Source: an uncultured Bacillales bacterium
GTDB lineage: Bacteria > Bacillota_I > Bacilli_A > Acholeplasmatales > Anaeroplasmataceae
Assembly: GCA_946405105.1 (NCBI GenBank)
Contig: CAMJFY010000007.1
Span: 882-64,881 of the forward strand
Reading direction: 5' to 3'
Length of the DNA stretch: 64,000 nucleotides
The notes under the pieces are model-generated. The model worked only from the letters and a program-made list of their open reading frames with translations, was not told the DNA's origin and did no database searches. Position 1 is the stretch's first letter; every line of letters starts with the position of its first letter. The translations under genes and the position numbers were made by a program. This document shows, one piece after another, positions 47,873 through 57,731 of the stretch.

Positions 47873-48199
47873 ATGAAGAATGAAGTAATACATGCAAGAA
47901 TTTCTGAAGATATAAAAAAGGAATCTGAAATCATTTTGAATAATATTGGAATGACTTTAAGTCAATCTATAGATTTGTTTTTAAGACAAGTAGTTTTAAA
48001 AAGAGGAATTCCATTTGAACTTAATGATATTTCTAATGAAAAAGATGATATTGAAGAATTAGCTTATATTATTAATTCAGTTGACGGTAATGAGCCACCA
48101 GTTGAAGCAAAAAAGTTAATTCATCTATATTCTTTAGGATATATTGATTATGAAACAGCTAAATATGGTATTATGAGGTTATTTGCTAATGACAGATAA
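47873..48199 (+). CDS. RelB/DinJ-type ribbon-helix-helix antitoxin with a C-terminal extension
   Basis: AGGTGA precedes ATG 47873. IHARISEDIKKESEIILNNIGMTLSQSIDLFLRQVVLKRGIPFEL is a DinJ-like RHH. It is followed by a roughly 55-aa acidic domain. Confidence 0.7.
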   Translation: MKNEVIHARISEDIKKESEIILNNIGMTLSQSIDLFLRQVVLKRGIPFELNDISNEKDDIEELAYIINSVDGNEPPVEAKKLIHLYSLGYIDYETAKYGIMRLFANDR

Positions 48200-48875
48200 A
48201 TATGTATATCCAGGAACAAAGGTTTTAATTAATAAACTTAATATTAAAGATGCGAATAAACTTGATAATGCAGAATATTCAATTGTTTCTTTAAATATTA
48301 ACAGTTTAATTAGAAACCCTATTTTAATCAACTCAGTTAAAGATATATTTGTTATTCATAAATTATTATTTTCTGATTTATATGAGTGGGCAGGAAATAT
48401 AAGAAATATTAATATTTATAAAGAAGAGCCAATTTTAGCAGGATTATCTGTCAATTACTCTGATCATAGTAGTATAAATAGTGATTTAAATAAATTAGAT
48501 AAAGAATTTATTAATATAAAGTGGGACGAATTGAAGTTAAAAGAGAAAGTTGAAAAATTAGTATCTATAATTTCAAGATTATGGAGAATTCATCCATTTA
48601 GAGAAGGAAACACTAGAACTGTAACAACTTTCCTTTATTTGTTCGTAAAACAAATAGAATTGAAAGTAAATATTGATTTTATTGGTAAGCATGCGAAGTA
48701 TTTCAGAAATGCGTTAGTTATGGCTTCAATAGACGAATATAGTGAATATGAGCATTTAACTAATATTTTAATGGATTCAATTTCACTTAAGGATATAAAT
48801 GAGAATAAATATAAAACTATTAAGGAATATGAAGTTGAAAAATATACTTATCAAACTCATAAAATAAAAAAATGA
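48189..48875 (+). CDS. Fic-family protein (AMPylase-type toxin candidate)
   Basis: It overlaps the antitoxin stop by 11 nt. N-terminus YVYPGTKVLINKLNI. Active-site loop HPFREGNTRT. Confidence 0.8.
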   Translation: MTDKYVYPGTKVLINKLNIKDANKLDNAEYSIVSLNINSLIRNPILINSVKDIFVIHKLLFSDLYEWAGNIRNINIYKEEPILAGLSVNYSDHSSINSDLNKLDKEFINIKWDELKLKEKVEKLVSIISRLWRIHPFREGNTRTVTTFLYLFVKQIELKVNIDFIGKHAKYFRNALVMASIDEYSEYEHLTNILMDSISLKDINENKYKTIKEYEVEKYTYQTHKIKK

Positions 48876-49079
48876 TGAATTATGGTGATGATATGGAAGT
48901 AATAAAAGATAAGAAATATATGCGAATTCAAGGAGAAGAATTAGCATATAAAACTAAAAGTCTTTTTTTATTTTTCCCGCTTATAAATCTGCCTTTTTGA
49001 CAGTTCTTTTAATAATAAGTTTATTTTTTAAATCACATATTAATGTTATAATAGATGTAATAAATAATTACGAAAGAAT

Positions 49080-50654
49080 GTGATTGGAGTGAAACGATTA
49101 AATCTATTTTTAATTTTTTTAGTTTTTTCTCTTGCTTTATTTTCATGCAATCATAAAAAGAATGAACCTATTTTAGATAATTTTGAAAAAAAGACCATCA
49201 ATTATTTGAATTACTCAACTGAATTTGAAGGAGAAGATGGTCAAATAGAAACATATTTTTTTGAAAATGAAGAAATACCTTATGTTTCTTATGAGTCTTT
49301 CTTAAATGGAGTCTCTTATTATTCTTCATCTTTAGATATTAAATTGAATGTTAAGAATGAAATATTTGATTATGAAATAAAATCTGATTTTAATACTACT
49401 CATCATATTATTGACCCTTATAAGGATACAATTAATATATCAAATTATGGATTGTTTGATGTTGATGAAGTATCATATAATGTTTTACCGGAATATAGTT
49501 ATATGCTAAATGCAAATTTTGAATGGTTAAATCCAGAAAAAAATAGTATTATTAATCTTAATAATTATTCATTAGACATTAGAAAAGCAGATGATAAAAT
49601 ATTAATTCCTTTTCATGTATTAGAATCATTATTTTCATTTGAATCTTATTTTAATGTTTATTATCTAGGTAGTTCTTATGTTGGATTAAGCTATGATGAT
49701 TATTTAAGCATTGACGAATTATCAAAAAATGCGAACATTCCACAAACAGAGTCTTTTTTGAATTATAATTACAATTTTATTAGATATTTATTTAATGAGT
49801 TTTATGGCTTAGATGGTTATTTTGATGATTTTGATGTGGATGAATATTTGTCAGATAATAAAGATTCTTTTTTAAATAAAGATACTTATGCTCAAGCGAT
49901 AAATGATTTAGAAGAAAATATAAACGATCCTCATACAAGCTTTTACAATAGTGGAATTGATCCTGGTGATTATGTTTTTTCAAGCAGCGAAAGAAGTAAA
50001 CAAATGTCAAGTGCATATAGAACTGCACGAAGCCAAAAAACAAATTATTCAACAATTGAATATTTAGACTCTACGACAGCATTGATTTCTTTTAATAGCT
50101 TTATGGTTGATGAATATGGCTTTGCGTATAAATTTATTAATAATTATTCCAATGAGCTTTTAGAAAATGGAATAAAAAATGTTGTTTTAGATATTACTAC
50201 AAATGGTGGTGGAGATACATTTAGTCTTGCTCAAATTTTAGGTTTAATGACAAATGAAGATATTGTATTTGATTTGTTAAATTTAAAAAATGGTTCTCAT
50301 TCAATTCAAACATTTAAAGTTGATGCGAATTTAGATGGTTCATATGATGATTTTGATGCCTATACTGATTTTAATTATTATGTGTTATGCAGTAATTATA
50401 CATTTAGCTGTGCTTCCGGATTTGCATATTATTGCAAAGAAATGAATCTTGCTACTTTAATAGGTGAAAAAACTGGTGGTGGAGCATGTACAGTATATTA
50501 TTCTATGCTTCCTTATTTCACATTTTTGCAAGTAGGTGGTCCTAATGTATTTACTAGTGAATATGAATATGAACTTGGCATTGATGTTCAATATGAAATT
50601 CCACAAGATAAATTATTAGATAAAGATGCAATTTTAGCAATCGTTAATAAATAA
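49080..50654 (+). CDS. lipoprotein with a C-terminal S41 (tail-specific protease)-like domain
   Basis: Signal LIFLVFSLALFSCNHKK. VVLDITTNGGGDTFSLAQILGLM and TFSCASGFAYYCKEMNLATLIGEKTGGG resemble S41 family boxes. The start is GTG, with a weak SD. Confidence 0.55.
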   Translation: MIGVKRLNLFLIFLVFSLALFSCNHKKNEPILDNFEKKTINYLNYSTEFEGEDGQIETYFFENEEIPYVSYESFLNGVSYYSSSLDIKLNVKNEIFDYEIKSDFNTTHHIIDPYKDTINISNYGLFDVDEVSYNVLPEYSYMLNANFEWLNPEKNSIINLNNYSLDIRKADDKILIPFHVLESLFSFESYFNVYYLGSSYVGLSYDDYLSIDELSKNANIPQTESFLNYNYNFIRYLFNEFYGLDGYFDDFDVDEYLSDNKDSFLNKDTYAQAINDLEENINDPHTSFYNSGIDPGDYVFSSSERSKQMSSAYRTARSQKTNYSTIEYLDSTTALISFNSFMVDEYGFAYKFINNYSNELLENGIKNVVLDITTNGGGDTFSLAQILGLMTNEDIVFDLLNLKNGSHSIQTFKVDANLDGSYDDFDAYTDFNYYVLCSNYTFSCASGFAYYCKEMNLATLIGEKTGGGACTVYYSMLPYFTFLQVGGPNVFTSEYEYELGIDVQYEIPQDKLLDKDAILAIVNK

Positions 50655-50914
50655 AAATATACGACTATAGTTTTTGTATCTTATTACAAATACTATTTTT
50701 ATAAGACAAAGCATACAAACTATAATAAATCAGACTTATTAATCAAACATTAATAAGTCATTAAAAGACCTTGAAAAAGGTCTTTTTTTATTGTTATTTC
50801 ATATTAAAATAATTTCATTAATGAAATATTATATTTGATATTGATGTTTGAAAATATATACCCTATAATATAGTTGTTTAAAATTAATAAATATAGTTAT
50901 ATTTGGGAGTTAGC

Positions 50915-51256
50915 ATGAGAGAGTTAAAATTAAGCATTAATAAAAAAGTTGACATAAGTGAAATAATAAAAAATACATTTAGAGAAATGAATTTAAGTGA
51001 ATATTATATGAGAGAATTTAGAGGTTCAAAAGCAACTGTTTATTTTTTCGTATATGAGGTTAATTATAAAACACTTAAGCAGGTAAAGTTTTTCTCACGT
51101 GCTCCTGGTGAAATAATTGTTACAACATCAGTAGTTGTTAGAGTTAGCCAAACATCAACAGATGTATCACTTGTATTAAGTACAGATGATGATTTCCAAA
51201 TTCCTAATCATCTAGTTACTGTTTTGTTAGATCACGGCTTTGAAATAGTGAAATAA
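50915..51256 (+). CDS. hypothetical protein (113 aa)
   Basis: GGGAG SD 6 nt before ATG 50915. A terminator hairpin (TAGCCTAC...GTAGGCT TTTT) follows. Confidence 0.5.
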   Translation: MRELKLSINKKVDISEIIKNTFREMNLSEYYMREFRGSKATVYFFVYEVNYKTLKQVKFFSRAPGEIIVTTSVVVRVSQTSTDVSLVLSTDDDFQIPNHLVTVLLDHGFEIVK

Positions 51257-51405
51257 AAAAGTACAATTGTTTTGTTAATTGTAATATTGACATATATTAA
51301 ATAATAGTAGCCTACTTGAATCTGTTTGATTAATGTAGGCTTTTTATTTTAATTGTTATAAATATATGATAATATATAAATAGTGTTTTATTGGGAGATA
51401 TTAAA

Positions 51406-52170
51406 ATGGAATCAATAGGGAATAATTATGAAAAATTAAGCTATGGTCAATATTTTATTGATACATCAGGTGATATTAATAATACAGGAAAGGCTACATT
51501 TAAAATAGAATATAATAGTGTAGAATATGTATATAATGGTGTTTTAACACACGCAAATTATTTCATTCGTTATGATGAAAAAAGAAATGTTATTCAGGTT
51601 CATTTTGAAGGAACAAAGGATGTTCCAGACTGGATTACTAATTTATTATTTCAGCCTAAATATTATGATTCATTTACATGGAATGATAAAAAGATTACAT
51701 TAAAGGTTCATAAATCATGGGCAGCTATGTATAAGGTAATGAAGCATTTCATTAGAAAAGGTGTTAGTGAATTATTAGAATTACATCCATTTGCTGAAGT
51801 AGAAGTAATTGGCTGGTCACTTGGTTCTGGTCAAGCAATGCTATGTGTACAGGATTTAAATTTTAATTTAAGAATAACACCACATCTTTATACATTCGGA
51901 TCAGTTAATTTATTTAAAACAAATATATTTAATAGAAGAAAAACATTAAAATATTTAAGAAGCTGCTGTAAAAGCTATCATATATTTTGCAATAGAAATG
52001 ATATAGTAACATATGTAGTTCCAAGAATATTTGGATTTGTTAAATTTGGAAGATTAAATATTAAAAAAAGATTAAATATTTTTAGTATGTTTAGAGTATT
52101 AAAAAATCATTTTATCTATGATAATGAATTAATGTATGAACGTATTTATAAAAGAGAAATGAAAAACTAA
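51406..52170 (+). CDS. class 3 lipase-like alpha/beta hydrolase
   Basis: GGGAGA SD precedes ATG 51406. HFEGTKDVPDWITNL, VHKSWAAMY, and the nucleophile elbow VIGWSLGSG (GxSxG). Confidence 0.6.
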   Translation: MESIGNNYEKLSYGQYFIDTSGDINNTGKATFKIEYNSVEYVYNGVLTHANYFIRYDEKRNVIQVHFEGTKDVPDWITNLLFQPKYYDSFTWNDKKITLKVHKSWAAMYKVMKHFIRKGVSELLELHPFAEVEVIGWSLGSGQAMLCVQDLNFNLRITPHLYTFGSVNLFKTNIFNRRKTLKYLRSCCKSYHIFCNRNDIVTYVVPRIFGFVKFGRLNIKKRLNIFSMFRVLKNHFIYDNELMYERIYKREMKN

Positions 52171-52202
52171 AATTTTATTTTAAAGTATTGGGGAGATTTA
52201 TT

Positions 52203-53084
52203 ATGAAAAAAATATTATCTTTTATTTGTTTTTTATTTATGCTGGTAACACTTTGTGGATGTGCTATTCCAGGAAATTATGATACACCATTAAAATTTTT
52301 ATCTCATATTACAAAAACTAGTGCTAAGAATTATCGTATGATTATTTCTACAGATGATACAAATGGTAGTGCATTACCAAGAGATATATTAAATTTTAAA
52401 AAAAAGATGAAAGAAACTAAAAAATTTGATAAGACTGATAATTATTTAGAAAGAACCGAAAGATATGTAAAAATATATTTAACTGATTCATCAATTGAAT
52501 CAAGTATGGATTTATATGATAATGGTGAAATATATATCGAGTTTTATCAATGGCCACAACGATCTGAAAAATGTTATTTAATGGATTCAAGTTCTGCAGA
52601 AGAATTAATTAATTTAGCTGATGAATATATTTCATCAGCAAATGAAATTAGAGATAGAGCATATGATAAGGCAATAAAGGATGCAACTATAGATAATTTT
52701 TTAGATTATATTTCAGGTTTAAAGCATAAAGATTTAGATTGTTTCCATAGGGAAAACGAAATTTCTGATACAACTCATTTCACTATTAATGATGAATTAA
52801 TTAATTTAATAAAATCTCATCAATATAAATTTGTAGAAGAAATTAGAAATGATAGAAATCATTTTTATGATAAGGTGCGTATTGAAGCAGTTGATAAGAG
52901 AAATAATAAGAATAAGTGGTCATTTTCAATTTTCAAATATTCTTCATATGAGTGTTATATAGATTATGAAGTTAAAGATGAAGAAAATAGAACTTTCTTA
53001 TTATCTTTAAAATATGATACAGATAATGCATATGAAATAATACAAGAAGCAAATAAAATAGGTGGCAAAGTTACAAAGAGCTAA
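52203..53084 (+). CDS. lipoprotein of unknown function
   Basis: GGGGAGA SD precedes ATG 52203. MKKILSFICFLFMLVTLCGC lipobox. Confidence 0.6.
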   Translation: MKKILSFICFLFMLVTLCGCAIPGNYDTPLKFLSHITKTSAKNYRMIISTDDTNGSALPRDILNFKKKMKETKKFDKTDNYLERTERYVKIYLTDSSIESSMDLYDNGEIYIEFYQWPQRSEKCYLMDSSSAEELINLADEYISSANEIRDRAYDKAIKDATIDNFLDYISGLKHKDLDCFHRENEISDTTHFTINDELINLIKSHQYKFVEEIRNDRNHFYDKVRIEAVDKRNNKNKWSFSIFKYSSYECYIDYEVKDEENRTFLLSLKYDTDNAYEIIQEANKIGGKVTKS

Positions 53085-53122
53085 TAGGCCTAATATAAAA
53101 GAAAAACGAAAAAGGAGCTATT

Positions 53123-53992
53123 ATGAAGTCAATATTAGATAATAAAATATTTAGCTTAATTTTAATATTAATAATGTATGTAATAGCATTTGGTGTTGGT
53201 TATATTGTTTATATCAATTTACCATATGTATTCTATTTTTCATTTTTAATTGCTGATTTTGTAGCTACAGTTATAATATTTATATTTAGTTTAATATTTA
53301 GAAATGCATCATGTTATGACGCATATTGGAGTGTCTTACCTTTATGTGCTGTAATAATGTTATTATTAACATCAGAATTAAATCCTGTAAGAATATTAAT
53401 ATCTATTGCAGTAATAGGCTGGGGATTAAGATTAACTATAAATTGGATTTATACATTTGATAATTTAAAATGGATTGATTGGAGATATAGAGAAATAAAA
53501 GAAAAAACTAAAAAATTATATCCATTTGTTAATTTATTTGGAATCCATATGTTTCCAACAATAGTAGTATATTTTTGTTTTTTACCAGTATTATTTGTTT
53601 TTAATTATGATGTAGAAATAAATCCATTTGTAATAATATTCTTTATTTTAGCTATCTTATCATTTACAATGCAAGGCTTAGCCGATATACAAATGCATAA
53701 ATTTAGAAAAAATAGAGATCAAACATTCATTAGAAGAGGATTATGGAAATATTCAAGACATCCTAATTATTTAGGTGAAATATTAATGTGGTGGATGGTT
53801 GCCTTATTTTCTATATTTGCCCTAGTTGGTAATTATTATTTCTTAATTATAGGGGCAATTATAAATACATGCTTATTCTTATTTATTTCTATTCCTCTAG
53901 CTGAAAATCATCAAAGAAGTAGAAAAGAAGGCTTTGATGAATATAAGAGTGAAACTAGAATGTTATTACCTATATATAAAAGAAAAAAGTAA
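53123..53992 (+). CDS. DUF1295 / steroid 5-alpha-reductase-like membrane protein
   Basis: Polytopic. C-terminal signature GLWKYSRHPNYLGEILMWW. Confidence 0.7.
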   Translation: MKSILDNKIFSLILILIMYVIAFGVGYIVYINLPYVFYFSFLIADFVATVIIFIFSLIFRNASCYDAYWSVLPLCAVIMLLLTSELNPVRILISIAVIGWGLRLTINWIYTFDNLKWIDWRYREIKEKTKKLYPFVNLFGIHMFPTIVVYFCFLPVLFVFNYDVEINPFVIIFFILAILSFTMQGLADIQMHKFRKNRDQTFIRRGLWKYSRHPNYLGEILMWWMVALFSIFALVGNYYFLIIGAIINTCLFLFISIPLAENHQRSRKEGFDEYKSETRMLLPIYKRKK

Positions 53993-54013
53993 TAATTAAA
54001 TGGAGGTTATATT

Positions 54014-54718
54014 ATGATTCCATGCATTATTGTTATATCTATTGCAATATTATTATTGCCATTTTATATTTATTTCAAATCTAAAAAATATGATTTAAAA
54101 GAATTATTTTTAAAAACAGCAATATCATTTTTATTTATTGTTTTAGCATTAATTGCTACTTATAATTCTGATAAATTTACTATATTTAACATTTTAATAA
54201 TTATTGGATTATTATTAGGATTATTTGGAGATATATTCTTAGATTTAAAATTTGTTGATAAAGAAAGAACTGTAGGATATACATATGCTGGATTTATAGT
54301 TTTTGGAATAGGTCATATTCTATATATAACTGCATTAATAATGAATTATTATATTAATGGAGGAATATTATTTATTATCCTTCCGATAATATTAACAATT
54401 GTTTTATCTTTTATCACAATATTATTAGAAAAGCCTCTTAAATTAGAATATGGTAAATATAAAAAAATATCATTTTTATATGCTATATGCTTATTTGGAA
54501 CATTAACATTTAGCTTATTTTTAGCTATTCAAAATAAATTTGAAATATTACCTCTAAATTTATTTTTAGTAGGTGCAGTTTTATTTGTTATATCTGATTT
54601 AGTATTATCAGGAACGTTCTTTGGAAAAGGAAAAGAAAGACCAATTGATTTTATTTTAAATTATGTAACATATTATGGTGCACAATTTATTTTCGCTTTT
54701 ATTTTATTGTTATTATAA
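54014..54718 (+). CDS. YhhN-family membrane protein (lysoplasmalogenase-like)
   Basis: About 8 TM segments. GLFGDIFLD and FVISDLVLS motifs are typical of the YhhN/TMEM86 family. Confidence 0.6.
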   Translation: MIPCIIVISIAILLLPFYIYFKSKKYDLKELFLKTAISFLFIVLALIATYNSDKFTIFNILIIIGLLLGLFGDIFLDLKFVDKERTVGYTYAGFIVFGIGHILYITALIMNYYINGGILFIILPIILTIVLSFITILLEKPLKLEYGKYKKISFLYAICLFGTLTFSLFLAIQNKFEILPLNLFLVGAVLFVISDLVLSGTFFGKGKERPIDFILNYVTYYGAQFIFAFILLLL

Positions 54719-54768
54719 TTATTAAAGTCTTACTTACGTAAGGCTTTTTATTTTTATAGTAATTTTAA

Positions 54769-54797
54769 TTGCAAAATATATGATTTAATTTTATAAT
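54769..54797 (+). promoter_or_regulatory. sigma-A-type promoter of the SPFH gene
   Basis: TTGCAA 54769-54774, a 17-nt spacer, TATAAT 54792-54797. It is preceded by the terminator AAGTCTTAC ttac GTAAGGCTT TTT. Confidence 0.65.
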
Positions 54798-54828
54798 AAA
54801 ATTATCATAGACTTTGGAGGTTAATATT

Positions 54829-56163
54829 ATGGGATTGATTAAAGCTTTTTCTGGAGCTGTATCTACAGCACTAGCAGATCAATGGAAGGAATACTTTTAT
54901 TGTGAAGCTTTACCAAGAGATGTTTTAGTAGCAAAGGGACAAAAGAGAGTAAATGCTAAGAAATCATCTAATACTAAGGGAAGCGACAATATCATATCTG
55001 ATGGTTCTGTAATCGCTGTTGCAGATGGTCAATGTATGATTATTGTTGAACAAGGAAAGGTTGTTGAATTTGCAGCTGAACCAGGAGCTTTCAAATTTGA
55101 TTCTTCAACAGAATCATCTATTTTCTCTGGATCATTTGGAGAAAGAGTTGTTGGTTTATTTAAAACAATGGGTAGAAGATTTACTTACGGTGGTGACACT
55201 GGTAAGGATCAAAGAGTTTATTATTTCAATACAAAGGAAATAATGGACAATAAATTTGGTACTCCAAATCCAGTACCATTCCGTGTAGTTGATAAGAACG
55301 TTGGTTTAGATATCGATGTATCTGTTCGTTGTAATGGTGTATATTCATACAAGATTACTAACCCAATTCTTTTCTATCAAAATGTATGTGGAAATGTATC
55401 AAATGTATTTACTAGAGGTGAAATTGATACTCAATTAAAGACTGAATTCATCAGTGCTTTACAACCAGCATTTGGTAAGCTTTCTGCAATGGAAATGAGA
55501 CCAAACCAAATTATGGCTCATATCCAAGAATTAGAAGATGCAATGAATGCTTCTTTAATTAATGATTGGAGAGATCTTCGTGGTATTGAAATTGTTAATA
55601 TCGCTTTAGGCTCTGTAACATTACCAAAAGAAGATGAAGATTTAATTAAAGATTTACAAAGAAAGAATGTTTATGCAAGAAATGCTTCAATGGCAGGTGC
55701 TACATTAGTTGAAGCACAAGCAGAAGCAATGAAGTCAGCAGCTGGTAATTCAAATGGTGCTGCAATGGGCTTCTATGGATTAAACATGGCTGCAAATGCA
55801 GGCGGTATGAACGCTCAAAGCTTCTACGCTATGGGTCAACAACAGCAAGCTCAACAAGCACAACAGCAACAAGCACAAGCTAATATTTATGCTTGGAAGT
55901 GTCCTCAATGTGGTAACGATGTTAAGAGTGGAAAATTCTGCCCTGAATGTGGTGCAAAGAGACCAGATGCTGATGGCTGGACATGCTCTTGTGGACAAGT
56001 AAATAAGGGTAAGTTCTGTGCTAATTGTGGTACAAAGAAACCTGAAGGAACATTAAAATATAAGTGCGATAAGTGTGGTTGGGAGCCAGAAGATCCAACT
56101 AATCCACCTAAGTTCTGTCCTGAATGTGGTGACTTATTCGATGAAAAAGATATTAAAAAATAA
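54829..56163 (+). CDS. SPFH-domain (virion-core-like, YdjI-type) protein with a Gln-rich linker and three C-terminal zinc ribbons
   Basis: GGAGG precedes ATG 54829. N-terminus GLIKAFSGAVSTALADQWKEYFYC. Linker QQQQAQQAQQQQAQ. Ribbons CPQC..CPEC, CSC..CANC, CDKC..CPEC. Confidence 0.7.
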   Translation: MGLIKAFSGAVSTALADQWKEYFYCEALPRDVLVAKGQKRVNAKKSSNTKGSDNIISDGSVIAVADGQCMIIVEQGKVVEFAAEPGAFKFDSSTESSIFSGSFGERVVGLFKTMGRRFTYGGDTGKDQRVYYFNTKEIMDNKFGTPNPVPFRVVDKNVGLDIDVSVRCNGVYSYKITNPILFYQNVCGNVSNVFTRGEIDTQLKTEFISALQPAFGKLSAMEMRPNQIMAHIQELEDAMNASLINDWRDLRGIEIVNIALGSVTLPKEDEDLIKDLQRKNVYARNASMAGATLVEAQAEAMKSAAGNSNGAAMGFYGLNMAANAGGMNAQSFYAMGQQQQAQQAQQQQAQANIYAWKCPQCGNDVKSGKFCPECGAKRPDADGWTCSCGQVNKGKFCANCGTKKPEGTLKYKCDKCGWEPEDPTNPPKFCPECGDLFDEKDIKK

Positions 56164-56216
56164 GAAAAATAAAAAAAGTCTAATTATTTAGGCTTTTTTG
56201 TGCTATAGGAGGGAAT

Positions 56217-57527
56217 ATGGCAAATATAGATTTTAAGTGTCCATGTTGTGGTGGTACACTAAATTTTGATAATAAATCTCAAAATATCGTATGTCCATAT
56301 TGTGATTCACAATTTAGTGCAAGTGATTTACAACAATATAATGATGAATTAGCTACTGACGGACAAGAAGATACTGCTTGGGATGAATCAATGGTTGAAG
56401 CTTATACATCAGAAGAAATGAAGGGAATGAAAATCTATACATGTAATTCATGTGGTGGAGAAGTAATTTGTGAAGAAACAACTTCATCAACTTTCTGTCC
56501 ATATTGTGGAAATAATATGGTTGTAAGTAAAGAAGTATCTGGTGATTTAAAGCCAAACCTAATTATTCCTTTTAAAAAGGATAAGGCCGCTGCCGTAGAA
56601 GCTTTTAAAAAGCATCTAAGCCATAAGCCATTATTACCAGGCTCATTTAAAAAACAAAATACAATTGAAGAAACAAAATCATTATATGTACCATTCTGGG
56701 TTTTTGATGCTGATGTATCAGGTAAGGTCCGTTACAAAGGAGAAAAAACAAGAAGATGGGAAGATGCAAATTATAGATATGAAGAGACTAGATATTATTC
56801 TTTAGTTCGTGGTGGTGGAGTAGGCTTTGAGCATGTTCCAGTAGATGGCTCTAAGAAGATGGATGACCAATTAATGGAATCTATTGAACCATACACATGG
56901 AGTGAAACTAAAGAATTTAATGTAGCATATTTAGCTGGTTATGCAGCTGACCGCTATGATGTATCTAAAGATGAAACATTTGAGCGTGCAACTGTTAGAT
57001 TTAAAGAAGGAACTGCAGAAGCATTTAAAAGAGATATCCATGGATATCAAAATGTAAGAACTGATGAAACTAATTTACAATTCTCTAATACACAAACAAG
57101 ATATGTATTATATCCAGTTTGGACATTAAATGTAAAATGGAAGGATCAATTATTCCGCTTTGGAATGAATGGTGAAACAGGAAAGATTGCTGGAAATTTA
57201 CCTATTTCAGTTCCTAAAGCAATTTTATTCTTCTTATCATTCTTCCTAGGAATAGGCGCATTAGCATTCTTTATTGTATTCGCAATATGTGGATTTGCTG
57301 CAGATAAAGCCTTACTTTCTGTAATAATAGGAGTTGTTCTAGGATTAATAGTTGCAGTATCTGTTTTAGGAGCATTTAGAAGAAAGAATAAAAATGTTCA
57401 TTTCTCTTATGGAGCATTCCCGTATGAGAAAAAGGATAGCTGCTATATTGATGTAAGAAAAGATATTTTCTTATATAGTAAAATTAGAAAAACTGCTAAG
57501 CCAAAGAACAATTCTAATAGAAGATAA
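56217..57527 (+). CDS. double zinc-ribbon protein with a C-terminal membrane anchor (YdjG-like)
   Basis: CPCCGG...CPYC and CNSCGG...CPYCG ribbons, a roughly 200-aa central domain, two TM helices (ILFFLSFFLGIGALAFFIVFAI; VIIGVVLGLIVAVSVLGAF) and a basic tail. Confidence 0.65.
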   Translation: MANIDFKCPCCGGTLNFDNKSQNIVCPYCDSQFSASDLQQYNDELATDGQEDTAWDESMVEAYTSEEMKGMKIYTCNSCGGEVICEETTSSTFCPYCGNNMVVSKEVSGDLKPNLIIPFKKDKAAAVEAFKKHLSHKPLLPGSFKKQNTIEETKSLYVPFWVFDADVSGKVRYKGEKTRRWEDANYRYEETRYYSLVRGGGVGFEHVPVDGSKKMDDQLMESIEPYTWSETKEFNVAYLAGYAADRYDVSKDETFERATVRFKEGTAEAFKRDIHGYQNVRTDETNLQFSNTQTRYVLYPVWTLNVKWKDQLFRFGMNGETGKIAGNLPISVPKAILFFLSFFLGIGALAFFIVFAICGFAADKALLSVIIGVVLGLIVAVSVLGAFRRKNKNVHFSYGAFPYEKKDSCYIDVRKDIFLYSKIRKTAKPKNNSNRR

Positions 57528-57537
57528 CAGAAATGAA

Positions 57538-57565
57538 AATCGTACTTTCGTGGTACGATTTTTAT
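57538..57565 (+). terminator. rho-independent terminator
   Basis: AATCGTAC tttcgtg GTACGATT TTT. Confidence 0.75.
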
Positions 57566-57731
57566 TGACAACGATATTTTTTAACCTTAAAATAAAATTG
57601 TAAATGAATAATCCTGAAAAAGGGAGTAGAAAACCTAGCAATAGGTATGAAATATCGTCAATACGACTTAATGTCCGGTATTAATTTAAATTTCAAGACT
57701 TTTGATTACAACATCAAAAGTCTTTTTTTTT
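57565..57731 (+). promoter_or_regulatory. promoter plus roughly 95-nt leader ending in an intrinsic terminator, upstream of the flotillin gene (attenuator/riboswitch candidate)
   Basis: TTGACA 57565-57570, 17 nt, TAAAAT 57588-57593. The leader contains CCTA GCAA TAGG (GNRA hairpin). Terminator: AAGACTTTTGAT tacaac ATCAAAAGTCTT plus a T-run (57695-57731). The SD AGGAGGAG follows, then ATG 57774. Confidence 0.5.

Noticed and set aside
48876-49079. Possible small ORF (MEVIKDKKYMRIQGEELAYKTKS..., from ATG 48894) after the Fic gene
   Set aside because: It is under 45 codons, runs into promoter-like AT-rich sequence, and has no motif. This is too little evidence to call a third TA component.
57604-57684. 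26-codon ORF (MNNPEKGSRKPSNRYEISSIRLNVRY) inside the flotillin leader, considered as a leader peptide
   Set aside because: No SD precedes the ATG, and there is no run of regulatory codons. It cannot be distinguished from chance in AT-rich sequence.
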